A stretch of DNA of 46,331 nt from the NCBI GenBank assembly GCA_015233355.1, contig JADFXY010000001.1, positions 1-46,331 on the forward strand, in the 5' to 3' direction. Positions 19,367 to 34,157 of this stretch are shown piece by piece. The notes beneath the pieces are model-generated. The model made no database searches. It was not told the DNA's origin and saw only the letters and a program-made list of their open reading frames with translations. The first letter of the stretch is position 1. The number at the start of each line of letters is the position of its first letter. This DNA is from Deltaproteobacteria bacterium (GTDB lineage: Bacteria; Desulfobacterota; JADFXK01). The position numbers and the translations under genes are program-made.

Positions 19367-19981
19367 CTACTGCAGTTTCATGTTCTCCTTAACCGAGCCG
19401 GCTATCTCTTTCCCAAGCCGGCGGATATTATGTTGCTGGACTTTGACCCAGGAGTTGTATCCGCCGTCCCCGAGGGGTTCAGAAAAATGGCTACGCCGGA
19501 TGACCGGTCCCCATTTTCCTTGGGAATCAATCAGGGTCCAGCGGATGATCATGTTAGCTTCCTTTCCCAAATTTCCGCCCATCTCCAAGACGTTGATCAG
19601 CACCTGACAGTTCGGGGCAAGACGCTGGTCGCCCGGAAAGAGGACAACTTTTTCAGTACCCAATTCCATGGCCAATTGTTCGGTCAGGGTGCGGGCGATC
19701 TCCCGGTCGAGATCACCGGCCCAGCGGTGATATTCACTTCTTTGGAAGATGCCGTCTTTCCCGCCCGTAGCGATTTGCGATCTATTCAGAATATCCGGGA
19801 TGGTGACAGGTCCGACAAGCAGGACGAGTTGATCGTTTTTCCTTTCAATAGGCCCCTGGGCAGCAGTGTCAAGTAGGCTGTAATATATAACCTGAGGAGA
19901 CGAGGAGGCGCAGGCAAACCCAAACACTCCGAATAAACCGCACAGTGCCGGTAAACAATAGGCCCGGACAAACTTATTCAT
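19367..19981 (-). CDS. pqiC: PqiC/YmbA-like lipoprotein (ABC-type transport auxiliary component)
   Basis: Lipobox GVFGFA-C, followed by the IYYSL motif and HRWAGDLDREIARTLTEQL, typical of the DUF330/PqiC family. It follows pqiB. Confidence 0.7.
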   Translation of the reverse strand: MNKFVRAYCLPALCGLFGVFGFACASSSPQVIYYSLLDTAAQGPIERKNDQLVLLVGPVTIPDILNRSQIATGGKDGIFQRSEYHRWAGDLDREIARTLTEQLAMELGTEKVVLFPGDQRLAPNCQVLINVLEMGGNLGKEANMIIRWTLIDSQGKWGPVIRRSHFSEPLGDGGYNSWVKVQQHNIRRLGKEIAGSVKENMKLQ

Positions 19982-21605
19982 GTTTCTCTTTCTCCTTTCC
20001 AAAAATAATCGACTGAGGCCGTTTGTCTAAGGTTTCAGCCAATTCACGGACGGTCCGAAGGGTTCGTGTCAGTTCTTCAAGAGTTTTTTTGGCGTTGTAA
20101 TTTAGCGGAGAGTCTTGATTTAGCGTCTTCTGCATTTCAAGCAGGACCTTTTGCAAATCCATCAGTGTCGCCTTTGCCTGGGGCGCCGTATCTTGGGTGA
20201 GTTTTTCGGCCAGGCCGCGTATTTGTTTCAGTGTATTCTGAGTTTCCTGCAGCACCAGACGCAATTCAGAGCCAATTTCCCGAAAGGGAACTTTTTCAAG
20301 ATTACCAATTAGTTTTACCATACTCTCCTGCAGTTGCTGGAACGTGCCGGGAATAGTCGGGACGACAGGATATTTGCCTTTAAAATAAAGAGTCTTTTTC
20401 GGTAAGTCCGGATGGAAGTCCAGGTTAACCATCAACTGCCCGGTCAAAAGATTACCATTCTGCAGTTGAGCGCGCAGTCCCCGCTGTTCGACCATTTCTT
20501 TTAAGAAGACATATGGGGTTTTTCTCATATCCCCATTGCCGTCCTTTTGATTAACTACGCGAATCCGCTCCGGCTCAACGGCGATAAGCACCGGGACAAG
20601 AAACTGTTTGTTGGTGACGTCGAATTCCAGGTTGAGATCGATAACCTCACCCACTTTGATGCCGTAAAGTTCCACCGGGGCGCCGATATAGAGACCACGC
20701 ACCGATTGATTGAACAACATCAAGTAATAATTACGAATGGAGAAATTTTTCTCATTGGTGCTGGCCCGATCTTGATAAAGATGAAATGCCGCGTTGTCCT
20801 TGGCTTCATCTCCAGGGGGAGAGTCCTTGGCTTGATCGAAGGCGATGCCTCCGCTGATGACGGAAATCAAAGACTGAACGTCGACCTTGAGCCCCTGGGC
20901 ATTGAGAGTGACATCGATGCCGCTGGCGTTCCAGAATCGGGTGTTTTCCTTGACTTGCTTGTGATGGGGAGCTTCGATGAAAATCTGGATATCCACCCCC
21001 TGGCCGCCCTGGCCTAACTTATAGCCGACTACCTGGCCCACCTGGATTTGCCGGTAGTAGACCGGAGCGCCGATATCCAGAGAACCGAGAGCGTCGGCGT
21101 TAAGTCTAAAGTGTCTTCCAGGCTGGCCCAGGGTCACTACCGGCTGCGCATCAAGCCCCTTGAAAGTCCTGGTCGGTTTTCCATCTTGGCAGGGGTCGAC
21201 ACCGATGTAAGCCCCTGAAAGTAGGGTGGTCAGACCGGACACCGAGCCGCCGTGCACCCGAGCCCGCACAACCCAGAATTTGGTTTTATCGGTCAGGTAT
21301 TGCTCGCCTCCCTTGACCAATTTGGCGGTGACGATGACGTGGGAAATGCTCTGGCTCAATGAAATGTCCTCAACCTGACCAATCTCCACGTCTTTATATT
21401 TGATCTTAGTCTTGCCGGCCTCCATGCCCTCGGCATTACTAAACGTGATAGTAATAGTTGGGCCTTTTTCACTAATTGCCTTAAAGGCCAGCCAGCCGCC
21501 GATCAACAGGGCGACTATGGGCACGATCCAGACAATGGAAAAACGTCGTTTGGCTTGTACGCCGGCTTCTGCAGCCAGTTCTTCAACCTGATGGCTTACC
21601 ATCAT
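19974..21605 (-). CDS. pqiB: PqiB-like MCE-domain intermembrane transport protein
   Basis: N-terminal anchor RRFSIVWIVPIVALLIGGWLAF, followed by repeated MCE domains and a long C-terminal helical region. I prefer the start at MMVSHQ (21605); the ORF track extends to 21686. Confidence 0.8.
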   Translation of the reverse strand: MMVSHQVEELAAEAGVQAKRRFSIVWIVPIVALLIGGWLAFKAISEKGPTITITFSNAEGMEAGKTKIKYKDVEIGQVEDISLSQSISHVIVTAKLVKGGEQYLTDKTKFWVVRARVHGGSVSGLTTLLSGAYIGVDPCQDGKPTRTFKGLDAQPVVTLGQPGRHFRLNADALGSLDIGAPVYYRQIQVGQVVGYKLGQGGQGVDIQIFIEAPHHKQVKENTRFWNASGIDVTLNAQGLKVDVQSLISVISGGIAFDQAKDSPPGDEAKDNAAFHLYQDRASTNEKNFSIRNYYLMLFNQSVRGLYIGAPVELYGIKVGEVIDLNLEFDVTNKQFLVPVLIAVEPERIRVVNQKDGNGDMRKTPYVFLKEMVEQRGLRAQLQNGNLLTGQLMVNLDFHPDLPKKTLYFKGKYPVVPTIPGTFQQLQESMVKLIGNLEKVPFREIGSELRLVLQETQNTLKQIRGLAEKLTQDTAPQAKATLMDLQKVLLEMQKTLNQDSPLNYNAKKTLEELTRTLRTVRELAETLDKRPQSIIFGKEKEKHE

Positions 21606-22230
21606 AATCCTCCTCAATAACGTCCCAGATAAGACGGGGATCGAAGCTCTCCGCAGCGAACATGGTGATGACCACAACCGAGGCAAAATAGATGGCCGCC
21701 GGTCCGGCTTCTATGGTCGCGATGGCGCCCAATTTAACCAAGGCCACCAGAATGGTCAGCACATAGATATCGACCATCGACCATCGACCGACGGACTCCG
21801 TAAGTCGGTAGAGTGCGGTCCTGTCCTTCGGGCGCCAGGTTGATCGAAACTGGACGCTCAGCGATAAATAAATCAGGATCATCAGTTTAGCAAAAGGTAC
21901 AAACACGCTGGCGATAAAGATAACCGCAGCAATTTCCCACGAGCCGGTTTGCAAGAAAAATATGACCCCGCTGAGGATGGTGTCTTTTTGCTTAATGCCG
22001 AGCGTTGAAGTTATGGTGATAGGCAAAATATTGGCGGGGATATAGAGAATAATCGCGGCGCAAATCAGCGCCCAGACTCGCGTTAAACTGTTGGGTTTGC
22101 GTAAATGTAGATGGGCCCCACAGCGGGGGCAGCGGCCGGGCGCTTGGGGATTCCGTGTTTCAATCAGCAGGCGGCAGTCGTGGCAGCTCATCAGACCGAG
22201 TTGACGGGCAGTGGCGATACGAGGATTCAT
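21583..22230 (-). CDS. pqiA: PqiA-family membrane protein, second half-size gene
   Basis: Zinc-ribbon-like CHDCRLL...CPRCGAHL, then 4 TM segments. ATGA overlap with the upstream half-gene. Confidence 0.75.
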   Translation of the reverse strand: MNPRIATARQLGLMSCHDCRLLIETRNPQAPGRCPRCGAHLHLRKPNSLTRVWALICAAIILYIPANILPITITSTLGIKQKDTILSGVIFFLQTGSWEIAAVIFIASVFVPFAKLMILIYLSLSVQFRSTWRPKDRTALYRLTESVGRWSMVDIYVLTILVALVKLGAIATIEAGPAAIYFASVVVITMFAAESFDPRLIWDVIEEDYDGKPSG

Positions 22231-22967
22231 CGGCGGAGATCCAGACGTTCCCAGAGTAGAGACGGGTCCAAGTTAGAGAAAGCTGCGATCATGACGAAGA
22301 TCAAAGCCCCAAAGGAAAAGGCCGATATGCCGGGCACGATGGTCGCCATATGCCCCAGTTTTACCAAAGCCACCAGAATGCCGATGAGGAAGACCTCCAT
22401 CATCCCCCACGGGGCGATATCCTGCACCAGGCGAAAAATTCGAACGGCACAAGGTGCGGGACGGCCGGCCCATTTTAGCGGGATCAGGACATAAAATAGG
22501 CCCAGCATTTGGATCAACGGAGCCAGGACGCAGGTGAGCAAGACAATCAACGACAGCTCGTACAATCCCTGTTTCCACAGTTCCTGAACGCCGGTCAAGA
22601 GGGTGGTTTCCTGAAAGATACCGCTTCTTTTCATGGTTAGAAAGGGAAAACTGTTTGAGATCGTAAACAAAATAAAAGCAGCTAGGGCCAAGGCGAGGGA
22701 ACGATCGATGCTGTTCGGGCGATATCGGTGCAGCAATGCCCCGCAGCGGACGCAAAGTAAGATGGCTTTGGATTCTTTTGGTAACCGGTTGAGCATATCG
22801 CAGTCAGGGCAGGCCATAACTTCCCAGCTACTTGATCGGGGAGGTTCGACGAACGAATTGTTTGAGAGATCAACGTCCGAGGCGTTGTGGCAAGATAAGG
22901 TTGGGACGGAGGCAACATCCGGATGCGCATCGACATCGATCTCAGATGTCTCATTGTTCTTATTCAA
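22227..22967 (-). CDS. pqiA: PqiA-family membrane protein, first half-size gene
   Basis: CPDCDML...CVRCGALL, then TM segments. This is the same module as the downstream gene. E. coli PqiA is a single protein with two such halves. Confidence 0.75.
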   Translation of the reverse strand: MNKNNETSEIDVDAHPDVASVPTLSCHNASDVDLSNNSFVEPPRSSSWEVMACPDCDMLNRLPKESKAILLCVRCGALLHRYRPNSIDRSLALALAAFILFTISNSFPFLTMKRSGIFQETTLLTGVQELWKQGLYELSLIVLLTCVLAPLIQMLGLFYVLIPLKWAGRPAPCAVRIFRLVQDIAPWGMMEVFLIGILVALVKLGHMATIVPGISAFSFGALIFVMIAAFSNLDPSLLWERLDLRR

Positions 22968-23245
22968 AGCCTGTTTCCTCCCTGGTATTTAAAAATTGTT
23001 GCTGTGAATACCATGTTTCTATTCCAGTGTCAAAAAGAAAATCGTCGGGTTCAATTCCACGAACTCCAGGTTTTCAGATTCCTATTTGTATGAAAATAGA
23101 TCATTATTGGAAAGAGGCTGGAGTGGTCTGGTCGGGTCAAGTTAGGAGATACCGACTAGACTTCCGGTGACGGAAACCGAATGGCATAAACCAGTCAGCA
23201 CATGATACTACCCAAGTCCCGATGATTGTTCCAACGGATTTACCT

Positions 23246-23340
23246 GACGGAATAGAAATCACCCATCTTAATAAAAGGGGATCGACCTGGCTAAAGCTGA
23301 TTTTCGACTTGACAACTGAGGTATGATCGCCTATGGAACC
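23246..23340 (+). repeat. Promoter-like repeat, copy 2 (contains CTTGACAACTGA)
   Basis: Similar to 13762-13850. Identical 12-mer at 23308-23319, with TATGGA 17 nt after the TTGACA. It lies in the 857-bp gap between pqiA and the first hybrid kinase. Confidence 0.4.
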
Positions 23341-23824
23341 GATTTGAGGTTTTTTTCACAAACACTAATTATATCAATAAATTTCTGACCGAGAAAAACT
23401 ATCTTCCCCCACATTTTTTAGCCGGGCGATTTCTAAAAGGAAGGTTAAATAAATATGTGTAAAGTAGTATATTTTAATGTCAATAGAACGGAATCACTTT
23501 GCCAAAGACATTCGAAAAATATTGGATCAAAAATTCCCGCTGCTTTACCGGCTTGGTTTAACCGCCGGTGGCGTAATTGATTATATGCAGGGATTAACTG
23601 ATGGATCTAATTTGATGGGAAGGGTTGTCTAATGGGATAACCACAACATATGTGCGATCTGCCAAGGGCGTCGCCCGGAATTTGCTCCCACCCAGATATT
23701 CACAAATGTAGCTGGATAAAATTCATATTCAGCAGCCCAAGACCGGCTGATAGAAACCGTTATGATATTGGCTTACCTTTTTTGATTAAATCTCATTTTC
23801 AAAAAAAATAGATAGGAGTGTAGA

Positions 23825-27769
<3,945 letters not shown>

Positions 27770-27882
27770 TGCCGAATAAAATATTAAAGAGTGAATAACC
27801 ACCAGATTGGATCCTGTCCGACTTTCCCCAAAAAAAATCGTGCCGGAAAAGCCAAAGTTGGTGTAGTATATGTGGCTCATTC

Positions 27883-30800
27883 TTGGGTTTAAGACCTTTA
27901 AGCTTTAATCATAAGCATTCGGAGGGAACTGCTGTGGACGTTGACGGTACCTTAACCTATCTGAACCAGACTTCTCGAAAACATGTCTTGTTCAAGCTGT
28001 TACCATTTCTTGTTCTGGGCCTTTCCTTGTTCTTTACTCTCTTATTATGGCGGATGGCGGATACAGGTTTGAGGCAGAAAGCTCAAACTATTTTCTCCGA
28101 CAAGACTAATGAAATCGCCACGTCCATTGTAAAACGAATGCATGATCACGAGCAGGTTCTTTTAGGTGGTGCCGGCTTATTCAACGCCATAGGAGAGGTT
28201 ACCCGGACTGAATGGCGTCACTATGTTTCATCATTACAGCTTGACCAGAATCATCCCGGCATCCTTGGCGTTGGGTACTCAATCTGGTTGACACCGAAGG
28301 AAAGGGACGGAAATTTAATAAAGATCCGGGGAGAAGGTTTTCCCGAATATAGCATCAAACCGGAGGGTGATCGTCCGGTTTACACCTCCGTCATCTACTT
28401 AGAACCGTTCAACTGGCGTAACCAGCGAGCCTTCGGATACGATATGTATACCGAACCCATCCGGCGGGCCGCTCTTAATAAGGCTAGAGACGAGGGCATA
28501 ACCACCATCGCAGCCAAGATTATTCTGGTGCAGGAAACAGATAAATATAAACAAAACGGTATGTTGATGTGTATACCTGTTTACCGTTTAGGCATGGCCG
28601 TTGATAGTGTTGAAAATCGCCGGGCCGCCCTCAAGGGATTTGTTTACAGCCCCATCAGGATGAATGATTTTGTATACGGCACCCTTGGAAAACTCCCGAC
28701 AGACATAGCCTTCGAGCTTTTTGCCGGAGATTCAGATACGCTGGAATCACATATGTTCAGCAGTATTGCGAGTGAAAAGATAACCCTACCGGATAATTTT
28801 CGTCCGGATTTCACGAGTGAGAAAGAAGTCGCGGCATACGGCCGGACGTGGGTTTTCACCTTCAGGAGCCTTCCCTCCTTTTCTCAAGAGCTCAACCGAG
28901 TTGAATCCTATATCGCCTTGTCCGGAGGTATTCTAGTCAGCCTTTTACTGTCAATCATAGCTTTCACCCTGCTCTCAACGCGCAATCAGGCCCTATCGCT
29001 GGCCAAGATGATGACCAAAGAGTTGCGCGAAAACGAAAACTCATTGAAATCTATCCAACTTCGTCAGCGATCCATCCTGGACAACTTGCCGATTATGGCC
29101 TGGCTTAAAGATGCGGAAGGGCGCTTCGAAATGGTCAACGACGTGATGGCTGATATAGTCGGCCAACCATCCGATAGATTTTTCGGCAAAACGGATTTCG
29201 ATTTTTTCCCCCAGGAGCAGGCTCAAAAATATCAGGCTGATGACCGGGAAGTCCTTGTCACGCGGCTCAAAAAACAGACGGAAGAATTTATTACAACCAA
29301 ACACGGGACGTTATGGTTTCTAACTAATAAGACGCCGTTGTTCGATGAACTAGGACGGGTTGTAGGAACCATAGGGGCGGCTCTAGACATAACCGAGCGG
29401 AAAATCTATGAAGATGAGCTGATCAAAGCCCGTGTGGCTGCCGAAACCGCTAATCAGGCTAAGAGCGAATTCCTGGCCAACATGAGCCATGAGATTCGAA
29501 CGCCGCTAAACGTCATAATAGGTATGGCTCGTTTACTTATTGATTCCGATTTGACGGATAAACAGCGAGAGCAGATGATTTCACTAAAAAATGCGTCCGA
29601 CAATTTACTTGTTGTCATCTCAGACATACTAGATTTTTCTAGAATAGAAGCCGGCAAGACCCAATTGATAGAAACTGACTTCTACATTTACGATATGTTA
29701 AGAGATATAATCAGTCTGTTTTTCATCAGCGCCAGGGAAAAGGGGATCAAATTAAACTTAGATATTGATCCCAAGGTTCCCAAGGTTCTCAGCGGTGATT
29801 TCGGTAAGTTGAAGCAATTGATTGTGAACCTGGCCGCTAATGCCCTAAAGTTCACCTCCCAAGGTCTAATCGAACTGAAGGTAGCCACCCTAGAAGAAAC
29901 AGCCGTGGCTTTAGCTGGTCGGATTGAGAAAGTTAATTTGCTCTTTTCCATCCGGGATACCGGAGTCGGGATTCCCGAAAATCGGATAGGAGTAATTTTT
30001 GATTCATTTATCCAGGGAGATTCTTCAACGACCAAAAAATATGGCGGCACAGGATTGGGATTGGCCATATGCAAAGGTATCGCTGAACTAATGGGTGGAT
30101 CTATTTGGGTAAAAAGTAAACTAGGGGAAGGCTCGACATTCTACTTCTCGGCTAAATTTGATACAGTTCTCGGCGTTCCGGAAGATCATCTCATAGGTAT
30201 GGCGCATAGGAGCCCGGCTCAACTAAAACCGCTCCACATTATCTTAGCCGAAGACAATGAATTGAATCAAAAATTCTGCATGGAATTCTTGGAAGGATGC
30301 GGGCATTCCGTATCTGTGGCCAATAATGGCCGTGAGGTCCTGGACCTATTAGGCAATCAACCAGTAGATTTGATACTTATGGACATCTCCATGCCGGAGA
30401 TGGATGGGCTTGAAACCACTGCGGTCATAAGAAGCTCTGCAGGCGACAAATTCGATCCTCGGATTCCCATAATCGCTCAAACCGCTCATGCCATGAAAGG
30501 AGATCGTGAAACCTTTCTGGCCGCCGGGATGAACGGGTATATTGCCAAGCCGATCGATGTGGAAGAGCTAGTCCATATCATTGAACAGGTCGCCCCGCAT
30601 CTGACTATCCCACAGAGCTCAAAAAGAAACGTTACTCAGCTTTCAGACCTCCCTGATAAAGAATTACCGGTATTTGATACCGGCTGGCTGGTAAACAAAT
30701 ACAGTCACAAGAGGGATTTCCTTTGTGAATTGCTGAGCCTTTTTAAAGACGAATTACCAAAGAAGATAAACGAACTCAATATGGCATTTATCGATAATGA

Positions 30801-31008
30801 TATTAATTTGTTAATTAAAACAGCCCATTCCTTGAAGGGTTCTACGGCTACCCTCGGTGCGGTAGGGTTGAATGATTGTGCCAGGCATCTACTGGAGTCC
30901 GGCAGAGAAAATGATCAGGAAAAGATCAAAATATACCTGGATAAGGCAGAAACTGAAGTTGGGCGGGTTCTGGACGTATTATCTCAGGGCGGTCCCTTAC
31001 TCGATTGA
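27883..31008 (+). CDS. Hybrid sensor histidine kinase with CHASE sensor domain (CHASE, PAS, HisKA, HATPase, REC, HPt)
   Basis: CHASE-like region ([10 protein letters not shown]...[34 protein letters not shown]) flanked by TM segments. H-box [19 protein letters not shown]. Receiver ILAEDN...[10 protein letters not shown]. HPt [12 protein letters not shown]. The start codon is uncertain (TTG in the ORF track). Confidence 0.85.
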   Translation: MGLRPLSFNHKHSEGTAVDVDGTLTYLNQTSRKHVLFKLLPFLVLGLSLFFTLLLWRMADTGLRQKAQTIFSDKTNEIATSIVKRMHDHEQVLLGGAGLFNAIGEVTRTEWRHYVSSLQLDQNHPGILGVGYSIWLTPKERDGNLIKIRGEGFPEYSIKPEGDRPVYTSVIYLEPFNWRNQRAFGYDMYTEPIRRAALNKARDEGITTIAAKIILVQETDKYKQNGMLMCIPVYRLGMAVDSVENRRAALKGFVYSPIRMNDFVYGTLGKLPTDIAFELFAGDSDTLESHMFSSIASEKITLPDNFRPDFTSEKEVAAYGRTWVFTFRSLPSFSQELNRVESYIALSGGILVSLLLSIIAFTLLSTRNQALSLAKMMTKELRENENSLKSIQLRQRSILDNLPIMAWLKDAEGRFEMVNDVMADIVGQPSDRFFGKTDFDFFPQEQAQKYQADDREVLVTRLKKQTEEFITTKHGTLWFLTNKTPLFDELGRVVGTIGAALDITERKIYEDELIKARVAAETANQAKSEFLANMSHEIRTPLNVIIGMARLLIDSDLTDKQREQMISLKNASDNLLVVISDILDFSRIEAGKTQLIETDFYIYDMLRDIISLFFISAREKGIKLNLDIDPKVPKVLSGDFGKLKQLIVNLAANALKFTSQGLIELKVATLEETAVALAGRIEKVNLLFSIRDTGVGIPENRIGVIFDSFIQGDSSTTKKYGGTGLGLAICKGIAELMGGSIWVKSKLGEGSTFYFSAKFDTVLGVPEDHLIGMAHRSPAQLKPLHIILAEDNELNQKFCMEFLEGCGHSVSVANNGREVLDLLGNQPVDLILMDISMPEMDGLETTAVIRSSAGDKFDPRIPIIAQTAHAMKGDRETFLAAGMNGYIAKPIDVEELVHIIEQVAPHLTIPQSSKRNVTQLSDLPDKELPVFDTGWLVNKYSHKRDFLCELLSLFKDELPKKINELNMAFIDNDINLLIKTAHSLKGSTATLGAVGLNDCARHLLESGRENDQEKIKIYLDKAETEVGRVLDVLSQGGPLLD

Positions 31009-31222
31009 ATCAAGTCTCGTGCCTTAGAATAAAGGGGCATGCTTAACCGAAGAATTATGCTCTAATTTTTTGTTGCTGTTTCTTCCAACCTTCGGTAGCC
31101 CAAACCGAAGCTCAACATCTCATTTTAATTTGTAATCATTGGGGATATGATTTATAATATGGCTCTCCTTTTCCGAGTTAATTGACCTAAAAGACATCTA
31201 TGTTTTCTCCACGGATAAAGCC

Positions 31223-33580
31223 ATGAAAAGAAACATACTGGCCGCCTCAATCTTGTTCGGCCTGGCTGGTTTTGCCGGGAATTGGTTTAAGGCCGAGTTG
31301 TTCTTCAATGTCGACTTCCTCTTCGGCTCTTTTTTCGTGATGCTGGCTATTCTCCGGTTTGGCCCGTTGGCCGGCGTGGTTGCCGGGGTCATGGCCGCGT
31401 CCTGCACTTATATTCTCTGGCACCATCCCTGGTCCATCATCATATTCCTGGCCGAGGCGGCGTTCGTGGCCTGGAGGACCGGAAAAAAGGGCCGAAAAAT
31501 ATTAACCCAGGACATTCTCTTTTGGCTGGTTTTAGGCATGCCGTTGGTCTGGTTGTTCTATCACCAGGTCATGGGGATTCAGCCGCAGCCAACCCTAACG
31601 ATCATGCTTAAACAAAGTATCAACGGAATCTTCAACGCCCTTTTGGCCGGAATCGCCAATTTGTTGCTCCAGACTTTCAGCCGGGACAGGGACTCACTCC
31701 CGGCATTCCGGGAAACAATTTTTACGATCATGGTCTCCATTCTCATGTTCCCGGCAATAATATCAGTAATTTTCTATCAGAGAAATTCCATGGACGACGA
31801 GCTTAACCGCCTGGCCGCTTATGCGTCACAGGTAGCTAGAATTACGCATAATAGCGTCAACGTCTGGGTTGAGAAGAATCATCAAAGCGTCATAGGTCTG
31901 TCTAAGCTGATCGGAGACCCCGATACGACCCCAGGGCCGGTAATGCAGCGACTCGTGACGGAGGTTAAAGAAGTCTCGCCCCAATTCAAGCGGATGGGGG
32001 TGCTGGATCGAAACGCAACCACCATAGCCTATTCGCCGATGGTAGACCATCATGGAAATTCAACAATAGGGGTTAATTTTTCAGATAGAGCATATCTCCC
32101 CATACTAATGGCCAAAAAAAAACCCATGATCGGTGACGTAGTTATGGGGAGGTTCGGCCCTCCCAACCCCATGGTCCCGTTTCTGGCTCCCTTAATATCC
32201 TCAGGGGAATACAATGGTTTTTGTGTAGGTATCCTAGACGAAGAACAGATAAGAAATGTTTTATCCTCCATTGTGGTTAAAGGCGATTTTGACGTAACAC
32301 TGCTTGATTCTAAGAAAAAAATTATCGTTAGCACCAGAAGCGACTTAAAACCAATGGACCGTCTTGCTACACCCAGAGATGGGCGTAATTACCAAATTAC
32401 CGCCGATGTCCGACACTGGGTCCCCACAGCGATGCCTGGAACCAGCATTATGCAGCGTTGGGAAAAATCGTTATTGGTGTCGGAAATAGATGTCGGACAC
32501 GATGGCTGGTTTGTTCGAGTCGAGGCGTCGCTCCTGCCGCTGTTAACCGGACTCAACAGCAGGACTATAAATGGATTTCTGTTTTTGTTTTTCTTGCTTC
32601 TCGCTGTTGTCGGCTTGTCCTATCTAATTAGTGGGAGCTTGATTTATTCGGTCGAGAGGCTACAGGAAGCCACGGGGAGGCTGCCCCAACAGCTTGAGAT
32701 TGAAGATTCAGAGAGGTATTGGCCCGTCAGCAGAATCGCCGAGCTGGATAAATTGATTTACAACTTCACGCAAATGTCTCAGGCCCTCAAGGGAGCCTTT
32801 CGCGACCAGAGGCAACTCAATGAATATCTTGAACAACGCGTATCAGAGCGGACAGCTTTGTTGAAAACCGTCAACGAACAACTACAGGAAGAAATAGCAG
32901 AACGGCAACGGGCTGAAGACCAGTTGCTCGACGCCCTGAGAGAAAAGGAAGTTCTGCTTAAAGAGGTTCACCATCGGGTCAAAAATAATTTACAGGTGGT
33001 CATAAGCCTGCTGAACATGCAGTCAAGACAGGATCCTGATGGGCGCGTCAGGCAAGCTTTGCAAGACAGCCGGGATAGAATCCGGGCTATGGCGTTGATT
33101 CATGAAACGTTGCACAGATCGAGTAATTTGGCCAAGATTTCAATAAAAAACTATACTCAAGACCTGGTTAGGATTTTATTCCAGGCCTTACAGGGCCGGG
33201 GAAAGATATTTACCACAAGCTTGGATATGGAGGAAATTAGCCTACCGATTGATCAGGCTGTTCCCTGCGGGCTCATTTTGAACGAATTGATAACCAATGC
33301 CTTGAAATATGGTCTACCGGGGGGAAAAGAAGGCGTGCTGAGAATAGAGGCCCGAATGATTGATTCAGATGAAGTTGAGTTACAAATCCGAGATAACGGC
33401 CCTGGCTTGCCCGAAGACATAGAGCGCCTGAAAGAAACTTCTCTTGGCCTGAATCTCGTGTCAATTTTAGTCGAGGGTCAGCTCTTGGGCCGTCTGACCA
33501 TGGAAAACGATCATGGAGCCGTTTTTAAAATTCGCTGGCCCTTTTTAGAAAAGGCAAGAGAGGAGCGCGCCAATGCCTAA
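31223..33580 (+). CDS. Membrane sensor histidine kinase of the HisKA_2 (HWE-related) type
   Basis: About 6 N-terminal TM segments, a Cache-like extracytoplasmic region (FSDRAYLPILMAKKKPMIGDV), a coiled coil, H-box EVHHRVKNNLQVVISLLNMQ, and an ATPase region ELITNALKYG...DNGPGLP. Confidence 0.8.
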   Translation: MKRNILAASILFGLAGFAGNWFKAELFFNVDFLFGSFFVMLAILRFGPLAGVVAGVMAASCTYILWHHPWSIIIFLAEAAFVAWRTGKKGRKILTQDILFWLVLGMPLVWLFYHQVMGIQPQPTLTIMLKQSINGIFNALLAGIANLLLQTFSRDRDSLPAFRETIFTIMVSILMFPAIISVIFYQRNSMDDELNRLAAYASQVARITHNSVNVWVEKNHQSVIGLSKLIGDPDTTPGPVMQRLVTEVKEVSPQFKRMGVLDRNATTIAYSPMVDHHGNSTIGVNFSDRAYLPILMAKKKPMIGDVVMGRFGPPNPMVPFLAPLISSGEYNGFCVGILDEEQIRNVLSSIVVKGDFDVTLLDSKKKIIVSTRSDLKPMDRLATPRDGRNYQITADVRHWVPTAMPGTSIMQRWEKSLLVSEIDVGHDGWFVRVEASLLPLLTGLNSRTINGFLFLFFLLLAVVGLSYLISGSLIYSVERLQEATGRLPQQLEIEDSERYWPVSRIAELDKLIYNFTQMSQALKGAFRDQRQLNEYLEQRVSERTALLKTVNEQLQEEIAERQRAEDQLLDALREKEVLLKEVHHRVKNNLQVVISLLNMQSRQDPDGRVRQALQDSRDRIRAMALIHETLHRSSNLAKISIKNYTQDLVRILFQALQGRGKIFTTSLDMEEISLPIDQAVPCGLILNELITNALKYGLPGGKEGVLRIEARMIDSDEVELQIRDNGPGLPEDIERLKETSLGLNLVSILVEGQLLGRLTMENDHGAVFKIRWPFLEKAREERANA

Positions 33581-34145
33581 AGCACGAATCATGATTGTGG
33601 AAGACGAGGCTATTACCGCTCGGGAACTGGCCCACGAACTCCAGGAACTGGGCTACGAAATTGTCTCCATCGTAGTTTCGGGAGAGAAAGCCGTCAGACT
33701 GGCCGAGGAGAACCATCCAGACCTGATATTGATGGACATAAAACTGGTTGGCAGCATGGATGGTATTGAAGCGGCACAGGAAATCAAAAACAAATCCGGC
33801 GTCCCGGTGATCTTCTTAACTTCCTGGGCCGAGGATGAATTCTTAGCTCGGGCCAAGGTTACCGAGCCTTTCGGCTATTTGCTCAAACCTTATAACATCA
33901 GGGAACTTCGCGCCTGCATCGAGATGGCCTTGTACCGGGCTGAGATGGAGGCCAAAGTGAAGAAGCTCAGCGGCCTTTTGCCTATCTGCGCCAGTTGCAA
34001 AAAAATTCGAGACGACCAGGGTTATTGGCAACGGATAGAGAAGTATATCCAGGAGCATTCCGAGGCGTTATTCACTCATGGCGTTTGCCCTGACTGCGTC
34101 AAGAAACTATACCCGGAATATTACGCTGAAAAAGATTATCAATAA
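33573..34145 (+). CDS. Response regulator: REC domain plus C-terminal Cys-rich (CxxC...CxxC) module
   Basis: IMIVEDE...ILMDIKL...LLKPY receiver. C-terminal LLPICASCKKIRDDQGYWQRIEKYIQEHSEALFTHGVCPDCVKKLYPEYY. It overlaps the kinase stop by 8 nt. Confidence 0.8.
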   Translation: MPKARIMIVEDEAITARELAHELQELGYEIVSIVVSGEKAVRLAEENHPDLILMDIKLVGSMDGIEAAQEIKNKSGVPVIFLTSWAEDEFLARAKVTEPFGYLLKPYNIRELRACIEMALYRAEMEAKVKKLSGLLPICASCKKIRDDQGYWQRIEKYIQEHSEALFTHGVCPDCVKKLYPEYYAEKDYQ

Positions 34146-34157
34146 AAGGGAGAAGTG

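Noticed and set aside
19340-19876. 178-aa + strand ORF overlapping pqiC
   Set aside because: It is antisense to a lipoprotein gene that fits the pqiABC operon. It has no RBS and no motifs.
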